Source of the DNA: Auanema rhodensis
Taxonomy: Eukaryota > Animalia > Nematoda
Reading direction: 5' to 3'
Assembly (NCBI GenBank): GCA_964057225.1
Contig: OZ059895.1
Span: 13,454,001-13,518,000 of the forward strand
DNA length: 64,000 nucleotides
The notes under the pieces are model-generated. The model did no database searches and was not told the DNA's origin. It was given only the letters and a program-made list of their open reading frames with translations. The first letter of the stretch is position 1; every line of letters starts with the position of its first letter. This document shows, piece by piece, positions 1-12,586 of the stretch. The position numbers were made by a program, and so were the translations under genes.

Positions 1-76
1 ATATACTTACCTATTTTTTTCACCCTATATAAGCTCAAAATTCACCTCAAGCAGAAAAACTCCCAGCACCACAAGA

Positions 77-712
77 ATGGCACTCGTCTTCCCTCCACCA
101 GCCTGCGAGACACCTATCGCGATGATCAAGGAAAAGTGGATCAAAATACATTCGCTCCAGTTAGAACTACAACAACTGGAGACAACAAACAACAGGACTA
201 AAAAGATAAGAATCCTCCAATCATTTTCGGAGAATTTAGCCAGAGTTACTCTATTAATAGAGACTCTGGAAAGGTTACAATGTTCATGTAACAATGATGA
301 AGAAGAGCTGGCCAAAATGGCGCAAAACTGGTCCGAGGCCACTGCCCGCACCAAGGCCACCATCAACAAACTACGCGAAGAACTAGGCTATCCAGCCTCC
401 GAAAATGTAGCTAGCGCGGATCTCATCCCAAGATGGGCCGCGGAAGAGATCCACAAGAGCTGGACAGAAGAAAGTATGATGGAATCGACTAACCAGTCGA
501 TTAGGAAGGCGGGAGACCTGATCAGCCAGGCCTTAAGGATACTAATGGCGACGCGCGCCACCACTCCGGACCAGAAAAGAAAGAAAATGATGATAGCAGG
601 CCAGGCGACGGAACTGCTGACAGACGTCAGCCTGTTCCACATATGGACGGTCGCCGACCGGCAACCCGCGACTGACTTCCAGCTGGGACAAATCGAGGAG
701 GAAGAAGGATAA
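77..712 (+). CDS. Orphan 211-aa helical/coiled-coil-like protein in the 3' region of the LTR element
   Basis: Intronless ORF, more GC-rich than its flanks, with TATATAA about 45 bp upstream of the ATG. No family recognised. Confidence 0.6.
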   Translation: MALVFPPPACETPIAMIKEKWIKIHSLQLELQQLETTNNRTKKIRILQSFSENLARVTLLIETLERLQCSCNNDEEELAKMAQNWSEATARTKATINKLREELGYPASENVASADLIPRWAAEEIHKSWTEESMMESTNQSIRKAGDLISQALRILMATRATTPDQKRKKMMIAGQATELLTDVSLFHIWTVADRQPATDFQLGQIEEEEG

Positions 713-949
713 CAGCTGCACGAGGTGAATTCAGAGTTTTTCTTCTCTTTTCTTCTCTTTTCTTTTCTTTTCTTTTTCTTTTTATATTGTTTTCATTTTT
801 TTTTTATATTATTCCTATTACACTATTATTCCTATTCTAGTATTCCAATTCTAATTCATTTATATATATATTTTTTTCTCTTTTGTTTCTTTTCCTAAAA
901 AGGTCTAATTTCTTATAGCTGAGGTCAGCTACTTTTTCAATATAAGGCA

Positions 950-1288
950 TGTTCCATACGTGTCTTATAAAGAAGGCGGTTGACAACGTCAACCGACTTT
1001 TGGTTAATGGAATTCAATAAGAAACTAGACCTGAACTACTTTTTGTATAAATTCAATTATATTTGTAATTAATATTTTGCTATATAAACCCCTGAGAAAG
1101 CAACTAGGTTGGCTTTCTCATAACATGTAGTTTCATTTATTTGATTATTGTATTTTGCTTTTATAGTTGTATTTCCATATTCTGAATAAACTTCTTTTTC
1201 TCTACTCTCTGTTACTTTTACAATGGCATTCACACTATTAAAGTCCATATGGTTACCTAGCCGGAACCCTAGGAACCAATATGGAACG
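950..1288 (+). repeat. 3' LTR (339 bp, TG...CG termini)
   Basis: Terminal inverted repeat TGTTCCATA / TATGGAACG; internal TATATAAA and AATAAA. Confidence 0.65.
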
Positions 1289-1358
1289 CTAACATGAAAT
1301 TGGAAAAAAAAACAATAACGAGGATAAGTATGTAAATCATTGAATATCAGGTATTTTC

Positions 1359-1477
1359 GCTTACGACCATACCACGTTGAAAGTACGCCATCCCGTCCGA
1401 TCTGGCAAGTCAAGCAACGTTGGGCCCGGTTAGTACTTGGATCGGAGACGGCTTGGGAATCCCGGGTGCCGTAAGCT
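1359..1477 (+). rRNA. 5S rRNA
   Basis: 119-nt GCTTACGACCAT...GTAAGCT, closely similar to C. elegans 5S as I recall it, with internal control region and TTTT terminator. Confidence 0.97.
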
Positions 1478-1491
1478 TTTCAAATTTTTTT
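1477..1491 (+). terminator. RNA polymerase III oligo-dT terminator (TTTT caaa TTTTTTT); present in every full unit
   Basis: T runs directly after the 5S 3' end. Confidence 0.85.
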
Positions 1492-1492
1492 A

Positions 1493-1521
1493 ACGATCAT
1501 ACCACGTTGAAAGTACGCCAT
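1493..1521 (+). pseudogene. 29-nt duplicate of 5S nt 5-33, downstream of every full gene
   Basis: ACGATCATACCACGTTGAAAGTACGCCAT versus gene ACGACCATACCACGTTGAAAGTACGCCAT. Confidence 0.9.
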
Positions 1522-1887
1522 GCAGCTGATTTTCAATTTTATCTCTTCAGTAACAAATGTTTTTAATTTTCCAGCAGTTTTACTTAGATAGCTCAACCCG
1601 AGGCATCAAAATATCTTCAATCTTATTTCTATATTACAGTTATAAACCAGTAGTTTATGAACCTTCATCTTAACTTTACTGTTTCTATCTATTTCCTATT
1701 GAAACAAACATTGTTTTAACACTATACAACTGTGAAACCTTTTTTAATTTATTGTATTTGGAGCTCATAAGATTTGATATCATCGAGGAATTTAGATGTA
1801 ACGTAGAAAATTACATAACTAACATGAAATTGGAAAAAAAACAATAACGAGGATAAGTATGTAAATCATTGAATATCAGGTATTTTC

Positions 1888-2006
1888 GCTTACGACCATA
1901 CCACGTTGAAAGTACGCCATCCCGTCCGATCTGGCAAGTCAAGCAACGTTGGGCCCGGTTAGTACTTGGATCGGAGACGGCTTGGGAATCCCGGGTGCCG
2001 TAAGCT
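1888..2006 (+). rRNA. 5S rRNA
   Basis: Full-length copy. Confidence 0.95.
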
Positions 2007-2416
2007 TTTCAAATTTTTTTAACGATCATACCACGTTGAAAGTACGCCATGCAGCTGATTTTCAATTTTATCTCTTCAGTAACAAATGTTTTTAATTTTC
2101 TAGCAGTTTTACTTAGATAGCTCAACCCGAGGCATCAAAATATCTTCAATCTTATTTCTATATTACAGTTATAAACCAGTAGTTTATGAACCTTCATCTT
2201 AACTTTACTGTTTCTATCTATTTCCTATTGAAACAAACATTGTTTTAACACTATACAACTGTGAAACCTTTTTTAATTTATTGTATTTGGAGCTCATAAG
2301 ATTTGATATCATCGAGGAATTTAGATGTAACGTAGAAAATTACATAACTAACATGAAATTGGAAAAAAAACAATAACGAGGATAAGTATGTAAATCATTG
2401 AATATCAGGTATTTTC

Positions 2417-2535
2417 GCTTACGACCATACCACGTTGAAAGTACGCCATCCCGTCCGATCTGGCAAGTCAAGCAACGTTGGGCCCGGTTAGTACTTGAAT
2501 CGGAGACGGCTTGGGAATCCCGGGTGCCGTAAGCT
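2417..2535 (+). rRNA. 5S rRNA (C-box G>A variant)
   Basis: Full-length; TTGAATCGG. Confidence 0.9.
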
Positions 2536-2945
2536 TTTCAAATTTTTTTAACGATCATACCACGTTGAAAGTACGCCATGCAGCTGATTTTCAATTTTAT
2601 CTCTTCAGTAACAAATGTTTTTAATTTTCCAGCAGTTTTACTTAGATAGCTCAACCCGAGGCATCAAAATATCTTCAATCTTATTTCTATATTACAGTTA
2701 TAAACCAGTAGTTTATGAACCTTCATCTTAACTTTACTGTTTCTATCTATTTCCTATTGAAACAAACATTGTTTTAACACTATACAACTGTGAAACCTTT
2801 TTTAATTTATTGTATTTGGAGCTCATAAGATTTGATATCATCGAGGAATTTAGATGTAACGTAGAAAACTACATAACTAACATGAAATTGGAAAAAAAAC
2901 AATAACGAGGATAAGTATGTAAATCATTGAATATCAGGTATTTTC

Positions 2946-3064
2946 GCTTACGACCATACCACGTTGAAAGTACGCCATCCCGTCCGATCTGGCAAGTCAA
3001 GCAACGTTGGACCCGGTTAGTACTTGGATCGGAGACGGCTTGGGAATCCCGGGTGCCGTAAGCT
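2946..3064 (+). rRNA. 5S rRNA
   Basis: Full-length, one substitution. Confidence 0.92.
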
Positions 3065-3474
3065 TTTCAAATTTTTTTAACGATCATACCACGTTGAAAG
3101 TACGCCATGCAGCTGATTTTCAATTTTATCTCTTCAGTAACAAATGTTTTTAATTTTCCAGCAGTTTTACTTAGATAGCTCAACCCGAGGCATCAAAATA
3201 TCTTCAATCTTATTTCTATATTACAGTTATAAACCAGTAGTTCATGAACCTTCATCTTAACTTTACTGTTTCTATCTATTTCCTATTGAAACAAACATTG
3301 TTTTAACACTATACAACTGTGAAACCTTTTTTAATTTATTGTATTTGGAGCTCATAAGATTTGATATCATCGAGGAATTTAGATGTAACGTAGAAAATTA
3401 CATAACTAACATGAAATTGGAAAAAAAACAATAACGAGGATAAGTATGTAAATCATTGAATATCAGGTATTTTC

Positions 3475-3593
3475 GCTTACGACCATACCACGTTGAAAGT
3501 ACGCCATCCCGTCCGATCTGGGAAGTCAAGCAACGTTGGGCCCGGTTAGTACTTGGATCGGAGACGGCTTGGGAATCCCGGGTGCCGTAAGCT
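3475..3593 (+). rRNA. 5S rRNA
   Basis: Full-length, one substitution. Confidence 0.92.
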
Positions 3594-4003
3594 TTTCAAA
3601 TTTTTTTAACGATCATACCACATTGAAAGTACGCAATGCAGCTGATTTTCAATTTTATCTCTTCCGTAACAAATGTTTTTAATTTTCCAGCAGTTTTACT
3701 TAGATAGCTCAACCCAAGGCATCAAAATATCTTCAATCTTATTTCTATATTACAGTTATAAACCAGTAGTTTATGAACCTTCATCTTAACTTTACTGTTT
3801 CTATCTATTTCCTATTGAAACAAACATTGTTTTAACACTATACAACTGTGAAACCTTTTTTAATTTATTGTATTTGGAGCTCATAAGATTTGATATCATC
3901 GAGGAATTTAGATGTAACGTAGAAAATTACATAACTAACATGAAATTGGAAAAAAAACAATAACGAGGATAAGTATGTAAATCATTGAATATCAGGTATT
4001 TTC

Positions 4004-4036
4004 GCTTACGACCATACCACGTTGAAAGTACGCAAT
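4004..4036 (+). pseudogene. Truncated 5S stub (first 33 nt) of a 399-bp unit; representative of about 34 such units
   Basis: The 5S 5' end runs straight into spacer GCAGCTG; 130 bp are missing. Confidence 0.9.
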
Positions 4037-4801
4037 GCAGCTGATTTTCAATTTTATCTCTTCCGTAACAAATGTTTTTAATTTTCCAGCAGTTTTACTT
4101 AGATAGCTCAACCCAAGGCATCAAAATATCTTCAATCTTATTTCTATACTACAGTTATAAACCAGTAGTTTATGAACCTTCATCTTAACTTTACTGTTTC
4201 TATCTATTTTCTATTGAAACAAACATTGTTTAAACACTATACAACTGTGAAACCTTTTTTAATTTATTGTATTTGGAGCTCATAAGATTTGATATCATCG
4301 AGGAGTTTAGATGTAACGTAGAAAATTACATAACTAACATGAAATTGGAAAAAAAACAATAACGAGGATAAGTATGTAAATCATTGAATATCAGATTTTT
4401 TCGCTTACGACCATACCACGTTGAAAGTACGCCATGCAGCTGATTTTCAATTTTATCTCTTCCGTAACAAATGTTTTTAATTTTCCAGCAGTTTTACTTA
4501 GATAGCTCAACCCAAGGCATCAAAATATCTTCAATCTTATTTCTATATTACAGTTATAAACCAGTAGTTTATGAACCTTCATCTTAACTTTACTGCTTCT
4601 ATCTATTTCCTATTGAAACAAACATTGTTTTAACACTATACAACTGTGAAACCTTTTTTAATTTATTGTATTTGGAGCTCATAAGATTTGATATCATCGA
4701 GGAATTTAGATGTAACGTAGAAAATTACATAACTAACATGAAATTGGAAAAAAAACAATAACGAGGATAAGTATGTAAATCATTGAATATCAGGTATTTT
4801 C

Positions 4802-4920
4802 GCTTACGACCATACCACGTTGAAAGTACGCCATCCCGTCCGATCTGGCAAGTCAAGCAACGTTGGGCCCGGTTAGTACTTGGATCGGAGACGGCTTGGG
4901 AATCCCGGGTGCCGTAAGCT
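4802..4920 (+). rRNA. 5S rRNA
   Basis: Full-length copy. Confidence 0.95.
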
Positions 4921-5330
4921 TTTCAAATTTTTTTAACGATCATACCACGTTGAAAGTACGCCATGCAGCTGATTTTCAATTTTATCTCTTCAGTAACAAA
5001 TGTTTTTAATTTTCCAGCAGTTTTACTTAGATAGCTCAACCCGAGGCATCAAAATATCTTCAATCTTATTTCTATATTACAGTTATAAACCAGTAGTTTA
5101 TGAACCTTCATCTTAACTTTACTGTTTCTATCTATTTCCTATTGAAACAAACATTGTTTTAACACTATACAACTGTGAAACCTTTTTTAATTTATTGTAT
5201 TTGGAGCTCATAAGATTTGATATCATCGAGGAATTTAGATGTAACGTAGAAAATTACATAACTAACATGAAATTGGAAAAAAAACAATAACGAGGATAAG
5301 TATGTAAATCATTGAATATCAGGTATTTTC

Positions 5331-5449
5331 GCTTACGACCATACCACGTTGAAAGTACGCCATCCCGTCCGATCTGGCAAGTCAAGCAACGTTGGGCCCG
5401 GTTAGTACTTGAATCGGAGACGGCTTGGGAATCCCGGGTGCCGTAAGCT
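5331..5449 (+). rRNA. 5S rRNA (C-box G>A variant)
   Basis: Full-length. Confidence 0.9.
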
Positions 5450-5859
5450 TTTCAAATTTTTTTAACGATCATACCACGTTGAAAGTACGCCATGCAGCTG
5501 ATTTTCAATTTTATCTCTTCAGTAACAAATGTTTTTAATTTTCCAGCAGTTTTACTTAGATAGCTCAACCCGAGGCATCAAAATATCTTCAATCTTATTT
5601 CTATATTACAGTTATAAACCAGTAGTTTATGAACCTTCATCTTAACTTTACTGTTTCTATCTATTTCCTATTGAAACAAACATTGTTTTAACACTATACA
5701 ACTGTGAAACCTTTTTTAATTTATTGTATTTGGAGCTCATAAGATTTGATATCATCGAGGAATTTAGATGTAACGTAGAAAACTACATAACTAACATGAA
5801 ATTGGAAAAAAAACAATAACGAGGATAAGTATGTAAATCATTGAATATCAGGTATTTTC

Positions 5860-5978
5860 GCTTACGACCATACCACGTTGAAAGTACGCCATCCCGTCCG
5901 ATCTGGCAAGTCAAGCAACGTTGGACCCGGTTAGTACTTGGATCGGAGACGGCTTGGGAATCCCGGGTGCCGTAAGCT
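5860..5978 (+). rRNA. 5S rRNA
   Basis: Full-length. Confidence 0.92.
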
Positions 5979-7186
5979 TTTCAAATTTTTTTAACGATCA
6001 TACCACGTTGAAAGTACGCCATGCAGCTGATTTTCAATTTCATCTCTTCAGTAACAAATGTTTTTAATTTTCCAGCAGTTTTACTCAGATAGCTCAACCC
6101 GAGGCATCAAAATATCTTCAATCTTATTTCTATATTACAGTTATAAACCAGTAGTTTATGAACCTTCATCTTAACTTTACTGTTTCTATCTATTTCCTAT
6201 TGAAACAAACATTGTTTTAACACTATACAACTGTGAAACCTTTTTTAATTTATTGTATTTGGAGCTCATAAGATTTGATATCATCGAGGAATTTAGATGT
6301 AACGTAGAAAATTACATAACTAACATGAAATTGGAAAAAAAACAATAACGAGGATAAGTATGTAAATCATTGAATATCAGGTATTTTCGCTTACGACCAT
6401 ACCACGTTGAAAGTACGCAATGCAGCTGATTTTCAATTTTATCTCTTCCGTAACAAATGTTTTTAATTTTCCAGCAGTTTTACTTAGATAGCTCAACCCA
6501 AGGCATCAAAATATCTTCAATCTTATTTCTATACTACAGTTATAAACCAGTAGTTTATGAACCTTCATCTTAACTTTACTGTTTCTATCTATTTTCTATT
6601 GAAACAAACATTGTTTAAACACTATACAACTGTGAAACCTTTTTTAATTTATTGTATTTGGAGCTCATAAGATTTGATATCATCGAGGAATTTAGATGTA
6701 ACGTAGAAAATTACATAACTAACATGAAATTGGAAAAAAAACAATAACGAGGATAAGTATGTAAATCATTGAATATCAGATTTTTTCGCTTACGACCATA
6801 CCACGTTGAAAGTACGCCATGCAGCTGATTTTCAATTTTATCTCTTCCGTAACAAATGTTTTTAATTTTCCAGCAGTTTTACTTAGATAGCTCAACCCGA
6901 GGCATCAAAATATCTTCAATCTTATTTCTATATTACAGTTATAAACCAGTAGTTCATGAACCTTCATCTTAACTTTACTGTTTCTATCTATTTCCTATTG
7001 AAACAAACATTGTTTTAACACTATACAACTGTGAAACCTTTTTTAATTTATTGTATTTGGAGCTCATAAGATTTGATATCATCGAGGAATTTAGATGTAA
7101 CGTAGAAAATTACATAACTAACATGAAATTGGAAAAAAAACAATAACGAGGATAAGTATGTAAATCATTGAATATCAGGTATTTTC

Positions 7187-7305
7187 GCTTACGACCATAC
7201 CACGTTGAAAGTACGCCATCCCGTCCGATCTGGGAAGTCAAGCAACGTTGGGCCCGGTTAGTACTTGGATCGGAGACGGCTTGGGAATCCCGGGTGCCGT
7301 AAGCT
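7187..7305 (+). rRNA. 5S rRNA
   Basis: Full-length. Confidence 0.92.
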
Positions 7306-8513
7306 TTTCAAATTTTTTTAACGATCATACCACATTGAAAGTACGCAATGCAGCTGATTTTCAATTTTATCTCTTCCGTAACAAATGTTTTTAATTTTCC
7401 AGCAGTTTTACTTAGATAGCTCAACCCAAGGCATCAAAATATCTTCAATCTTATTTCTATATTACAGTTATAAACCAGTAGTTTATGAACCTTCATCTTA
7501 ACTTTACTGTTTCTATCTATTACCTATTGAAACAAACATTGTTTTAACACTATACAACTGTGAAACCTTTTTTAATTTATTGTATTTGGAGCTCATAAGA
7601 TTTGATATCATCGAGGAATTTAGATGTAACGTAGAAAATTACATAACTAACATGAAATTGGAAAAAAAACAATAACGAGGATAAGTATGTAAATCATTGA
7701 ATATCAGGTATTTTCGCTTACGACCATACCACGTTGAAAGTACGCAATGCAGCTGATTTTCAATTTTATCTCTTCCGTAACAAATGTTTTTAATTTTCCA
7801 GCAGTTTTACTTAGATAGCTCAACCCAAGGCATCAAAATATCTTCAATCTTATTTCTATACTACAGTTATAAACCAGTAGTTTATGAACCTTCATCTTAA
7901 CTTTACTGTTTCTATCTATTTTCTATTGAAACAAACATTGTTTAAACACTATACAACTGTGAAACCTTTTTTAATTTATTGTATTTGGAGCTCATAAGAT
8001 TTGATATCATCGAGGAATTTAGATGTAACGTAGAAAATTACATAACTAACATGAAATTGGAAAAAAAACAATAACGAGGATAAGTATGTAAATCATTGAA
8101 TATCAGATTTTTTCGCTTACGACCATACCACGTTGAAAGTACGCCATGCAGCTGATTTTCAATTTTATCTCTTCCGTAACAAATGTTTTTAATTTTCCAG
8201 CAGTTTTACTTAGATAGCTCAACCCAAGGCATCAAAATATCTTCAATCTTATTTCTATATTACAGTTATAAACCAGTAGTTTATGAACCTTCATCTTAAC
8301 TTTACTGTTTCTATCTATTTCCTATTGAAACAAACATTGTTTTAACACTATACAACTGTGAAACCTTTTTTAATTTATTGTATTTGGAGCTCATAAGATT
8401 TGATATCATCGAGGAATTTAGATGTAACGTAGAAAATTACATAACTAACATGAAATTGGAAAAAAAACAATAACGAGGATAAGTATGTAAATCATTGAAT
8501 ATCAGGTATTTTC

Positions 8514-8632
8514 GCTTACGACCATACCACGTTGAAAGTACGCCATCCCGTCCGATCTGGCAAGTCAAGCAACGTTGGGCCCGGTTAGTACTTGGATCGG
8601 AGACGGCTTGGGAATCCCGGGTGCCGTAAGCT
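8514..8632 (+). rRNA. 5S rRNA
   Basis: Full-length. Confidence 0.95.
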
Positions 8633-9037
8633 TTTCAAATTTTTTTAACGATCATACCACGTTGAAAGTACGCCATGCAGCTGATTTTCAATTTTATCTC
8701 TTCAGTAACAAATGTTTTTAATTTTCCAGCAGTTTTACTTAGATAGCTCAACCCAAGGCATCAAAATATCTTCAATCTTATTTCTATATTACAGTTATAA
8801 ACCAGTAGTTTATGAACCTTCATCTTAACTTTACTGTTTCTATTTCCTATTGAAACAAACATTGTTTTAACACTATACAACTGTGAAACTTTTTTTATTT
8901 ATTGTATTTGGAGCTCATAAGATTTGATATCATCGAGGAATTTAGATGTAAAGTAGAAAATTACATAACTAACATGAAATTGGAAAAAAAACAATAACGA
9001 GGATAAGTATGTAAGTCATTGAATATCAGATTTTTTC

Positions 9038-9156
9038 GTTTACGACCATACCACGTTGAAAGTACGCCATCCCGTCCGATCTGGCAAGTCAAGCAACGTT
9101 GGGCCCGGTTAGTACTTGGATCGGAGACGGCTTGGGAATCCCGGGTGCCGTAAGCT
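9038..9156 (+). rRNA. 5S rRNA
   Basis: Full-length, C2T. Confidence 0.92.
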
Positions 9157-9562
9157 TTTCAAATTTTTTTAACGATCATACCACGTTGAAAGTACGCAAT
9201 GCAGCTGATTTTCAATTTTATCTCTTCCGTAACAAATGTTTTTAATTTTCCAGCAGTTTTACTTAGATAGCTCAACCCAAGGCATCAAAATATCTTCAAT
9301 CTTATTTCTATATTACAGTTATAAACCAGTAGTTTATGAACCTTCATCTTAACTTTACTGTTTCTATTTCCTATTGAAACAAACATTGTTTTAACACTAT
9401 ACAACTGTGAAACCTTTTTTAATTTATTGTATTTGGAGCTAATAAGATTTGATATCATCGAGGAATTTAGATGTAACGTAGAAAATTACATAACTAACAT
9501 GAAATTGGAAAAAAAACAATAACGAGGATAAGTATGTAAATCATTGAATATCAGGTATTTTC

Positions 9563-9681
9563 GCATACGACCATACCACGTTGAAAGTACGCCATCCCGT
9601 CCGATCTGGCAAGTCAAGCAACGTTGGGCCCGGTTAGTACTTGGATCGGAGACGGCTTGGGAATCCCGGGTGCCGTAAGCT
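9563..9681 (+). rRNA. 5S rRNA
   Basis: Full-length, T3A. Confidence 0.92.
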
Positions 9682-10086
9682 TTTCAAAATTTTTTAACGA
9701 TCATACCACGTTGAAAGTACGTCATGCAGCTGATTTTCAATTTTATCTCTTCAGTAACAAATGTTTTTAATTTTCCAGCAGTTTTACTTAGATAGCTCAA
9801 CCCAAGGCATCAAAATATCTTCAATCTTATTTCTATATTACAGTTATAAACCAGTAGTTTATGAACCTTCATCTTAACTTTACTGTTTCTATTTCCTATT
9901 GAAACAAACATTGTTTTAACACTATACAACTGTGAAACTTTTTTTATTTATTGTATTTGGAGCTCATAAGATTTGATATCATCGAGGAATTTAGATGTAA
10001 AGTAGAAAATTACATAACTAACATGAAATTGGAAAAAAAACAATAACGAGGATAAGTATGTAAATCATTGAATATCAGGTATTTTC

Positions 10087-10205
10087 GCTTACGACCATAC
10101 CACGTTGAAAGTACGCCATCCCGTCCGATCTGGCAAGTCAAGCAACGTTGGGCCCGGTTAGTACTTGGATCGGAGACGGCTTGGGAATCCCGGGTGCCGT
10201 AAGCT
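10087..10205 (+). rRNA. 5S rRNA
   Basis: Full-length. Confidence 0.95.
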
Positions 10206-10611
10206 TTTCAAAATTTTTTAACGATCATACCACGTTGAAAGTACGCAATGCAGCTGATTTTCAATTTTATCTCTTCCGTAACAAATGTTTTTAATTTTCC
10301 AGCAGTTTTACTTAGATAGCTCAACCCAAGGCATCAAAATATCTTCAATCTTATTTCTATATTACAGTTATAAACCAGTAGTTTATGAACCTTCATCTTA
10401 ACTTTACTGTTTCTATTTCCTATTGAAACAAACATTGTTTTAACACTATACAACTGTGAAACCTTTTTTAATTTATTGTATTTGGAGCTAATAAAATTTG
10501 ATATCATCGAGGAATTTAGATGTAACGTAGAAAATTACATAACTAACATGAAATTGGAAAAAAAACAATAACGAGGATAAGTATGTAAATCATTGAATAT
10601 CAGGTATTTTC

Positions 10612-10730
10612 GCTTACGACCATACCACTTTGAAAGTACGCCATCCCGTCCGATCTGGCAAGTCAAGCAACGTTGGGCCCGGTTAGTACTTGGATCGGAG
10701 ACGGCTTGGGAATCCCGGGTGCCGTAAGCT
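10612..10730 (+). rRNA. 5S rRNA
   Basis: Full-length. Confidence 0.92.
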
Positions 10731-11140
10731 TTTCAAAATTTTTTAACGATCATACCACGTTGAAAGTACGCAATGCAGCTGATTTTCAATTTTATCTCTT
10801 CCGTAACAAATGTTTTTAATTTTCCAGCAGTTTTACTTAGATAGCTCAACCCAAGGCATCAAAATATCTTCAATCTTATTTCTATATTACAGTTATAAAC
10901 CAGTAGTTTATGAACCTTCATCTTAACTTTACTGTTTCTATCTATTTCCTATTGAAACAAACATTGTTTTAACACTATACAACTGTGAAACCTTTTTTAA
11001 TTTATTGTATTTGGAGCTAATAAGATTTGATATCATCGAGGAATTTAGATGTAACGTAGAAAATTACATAACTAACATGAAATTGGAAAAAAAACAATAA
11101 CGAGGATAAGTATGTAAATCATTGAATATCAGGTATTTTC

Positions 11141-11259
11141 GCTTACGACCATACCACGTTGAAAGTACGCCATCCCGTCCGATCTGGCAAGTCAAGCAAC
11201 GTTGGACCCGGTTAGTACTTGGATCGGAGACGGCTTGGGAATCCCGGGTGCCGTAAGCT
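11141..11259 (+). rRNA. 5S rRNA
   Basis: Full-length. Confidence 0.92.
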
Positions 11260-12467
11260 TTTCAAATTTTTTTAACGATCATACCACGTTGAAAGTACGC
11301 CATGCAGCTGATTTTCAATTTCATCTCTTCAGTAACAAATGTTTTTAATTTTCCAGCAGTTTTACTCAGATAGCTCAACCCGAGGCATCAAAATATCTTC
11401 AATCTTATTTCTATATTACAGTTATAAACCAGTAGTTTATGAACCTTCATCTTAACTTTACTGTTTCTATCTATTTCCTATTGAAACAAACATTGTTTAA
11501 ACACTATACAACTGTGAAACCTTTTTTAATTTATTGTATTTGGAGCTCATAAGATTTGATATCATCGAGGAATTTAGATGTAACGTAGAAAATTACATAA
11601 CTAACATGAAATTGGAAAAAAAACAATAACGAGGATAAGTATGTAAATCATTGAATATCAGGTATTTTCGCTTACGACCATACCACGTTGAAAGTACGCA
11701 ATGCAGCTGATTTTCAATTTTATCTCTTCCGTAACAAATGTTTTTAATTTTCCAGCAGTTTTACTTAGATAGCTCAACCCAAGGCATCAAAATATCTTCA
11801 ATCTTATTTCTATACTACAGTTATAAACCAGTAGTTTATGAACCTTCATCTTAACTTTACTGTTTCTATCTATTTTCTATTGAAACAAACATTGTTTAAA
11901 CACTATACAACTGTGAAACCTTTTTTAATTTATTGTATTTGGAGCTCATAAGATTTGATATCATCGAGGAATTTAGATGTAACGTAGAAAATTACATAAC
12001 TAACATGAAATTGGAAAAAAAACAATAACGAGGATAAGTATGTAAATCATTGAATATCAGATTTTTTCGCTTACGACCATACCACGTTGAAAGTACGCCA
12101 TGCAGCTGATTTTCAATTTTATCTCTTCCGTAACAAATGTTTTTAATTTTCCAGCAGTTTTACTTAGATAGCTCAACCCGAGGCATCAAAATATCTTCAA
12201 TCTTATTTCTATATTACAGTTATAAACCAGTAGTTCATGAACCTTCATCTTAACTTTACTGTTTCTATCTATTTCCTATTGAAACAAACATTGTTTTAAC
12301 ACTATACAACTGTGAAACCTTTTTTAATTTATTGTATTTGGAGCTCATAAGATTTGATATCATCGAGGAATTTAGATGTAACGTAGAAAATTACATAACT
12401 AACATGAAATTGGAAAAAAAACAATAACGAGGATAAGTATGTAAATCATTGAATATCAGGTATTTTC

Positions 12468-12586
12468 GCTTACGACCATACCACGTTGAAAGTACGCCAT
12501 CCCGTCCGATCTGGGAAGTCAAGCAACGTTGGGCCCGGTTAGTACTTGGATCGGAGACGGCTTGGGAATCCCGGGTGCCGTAAGCT
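12468..12586 (+). rRNA. 5S rRNA
   Basis: Full-length. Confidence 0.92.

Larger units (their letters stand above)
1..1288 (+). mobile_element. 3' part of an LTR retrotransposon related to the element at 16334-23319; continues beyond the window start
   Basis: Ends ATGGAACG at 1288, joined directly to the 5S spacer. An inverted TGTTCCATA lies at 950. The pre-LTR stem TAGCTG-AGGT-CAGCTA...GGCA resembles the one before the 22954 LTR. Confidence 0.7.

Noticed and set aside
25-642. Two minus-strand hydrophobic ORFs
   Set aside because: They are antisense shadows of the 77-712 ORF.
1069-1413. 114-aa minus-strand ORF
   Set aside because: It spans LTR, spacer and antisense 5S across an insertion junction; a chance ORF.
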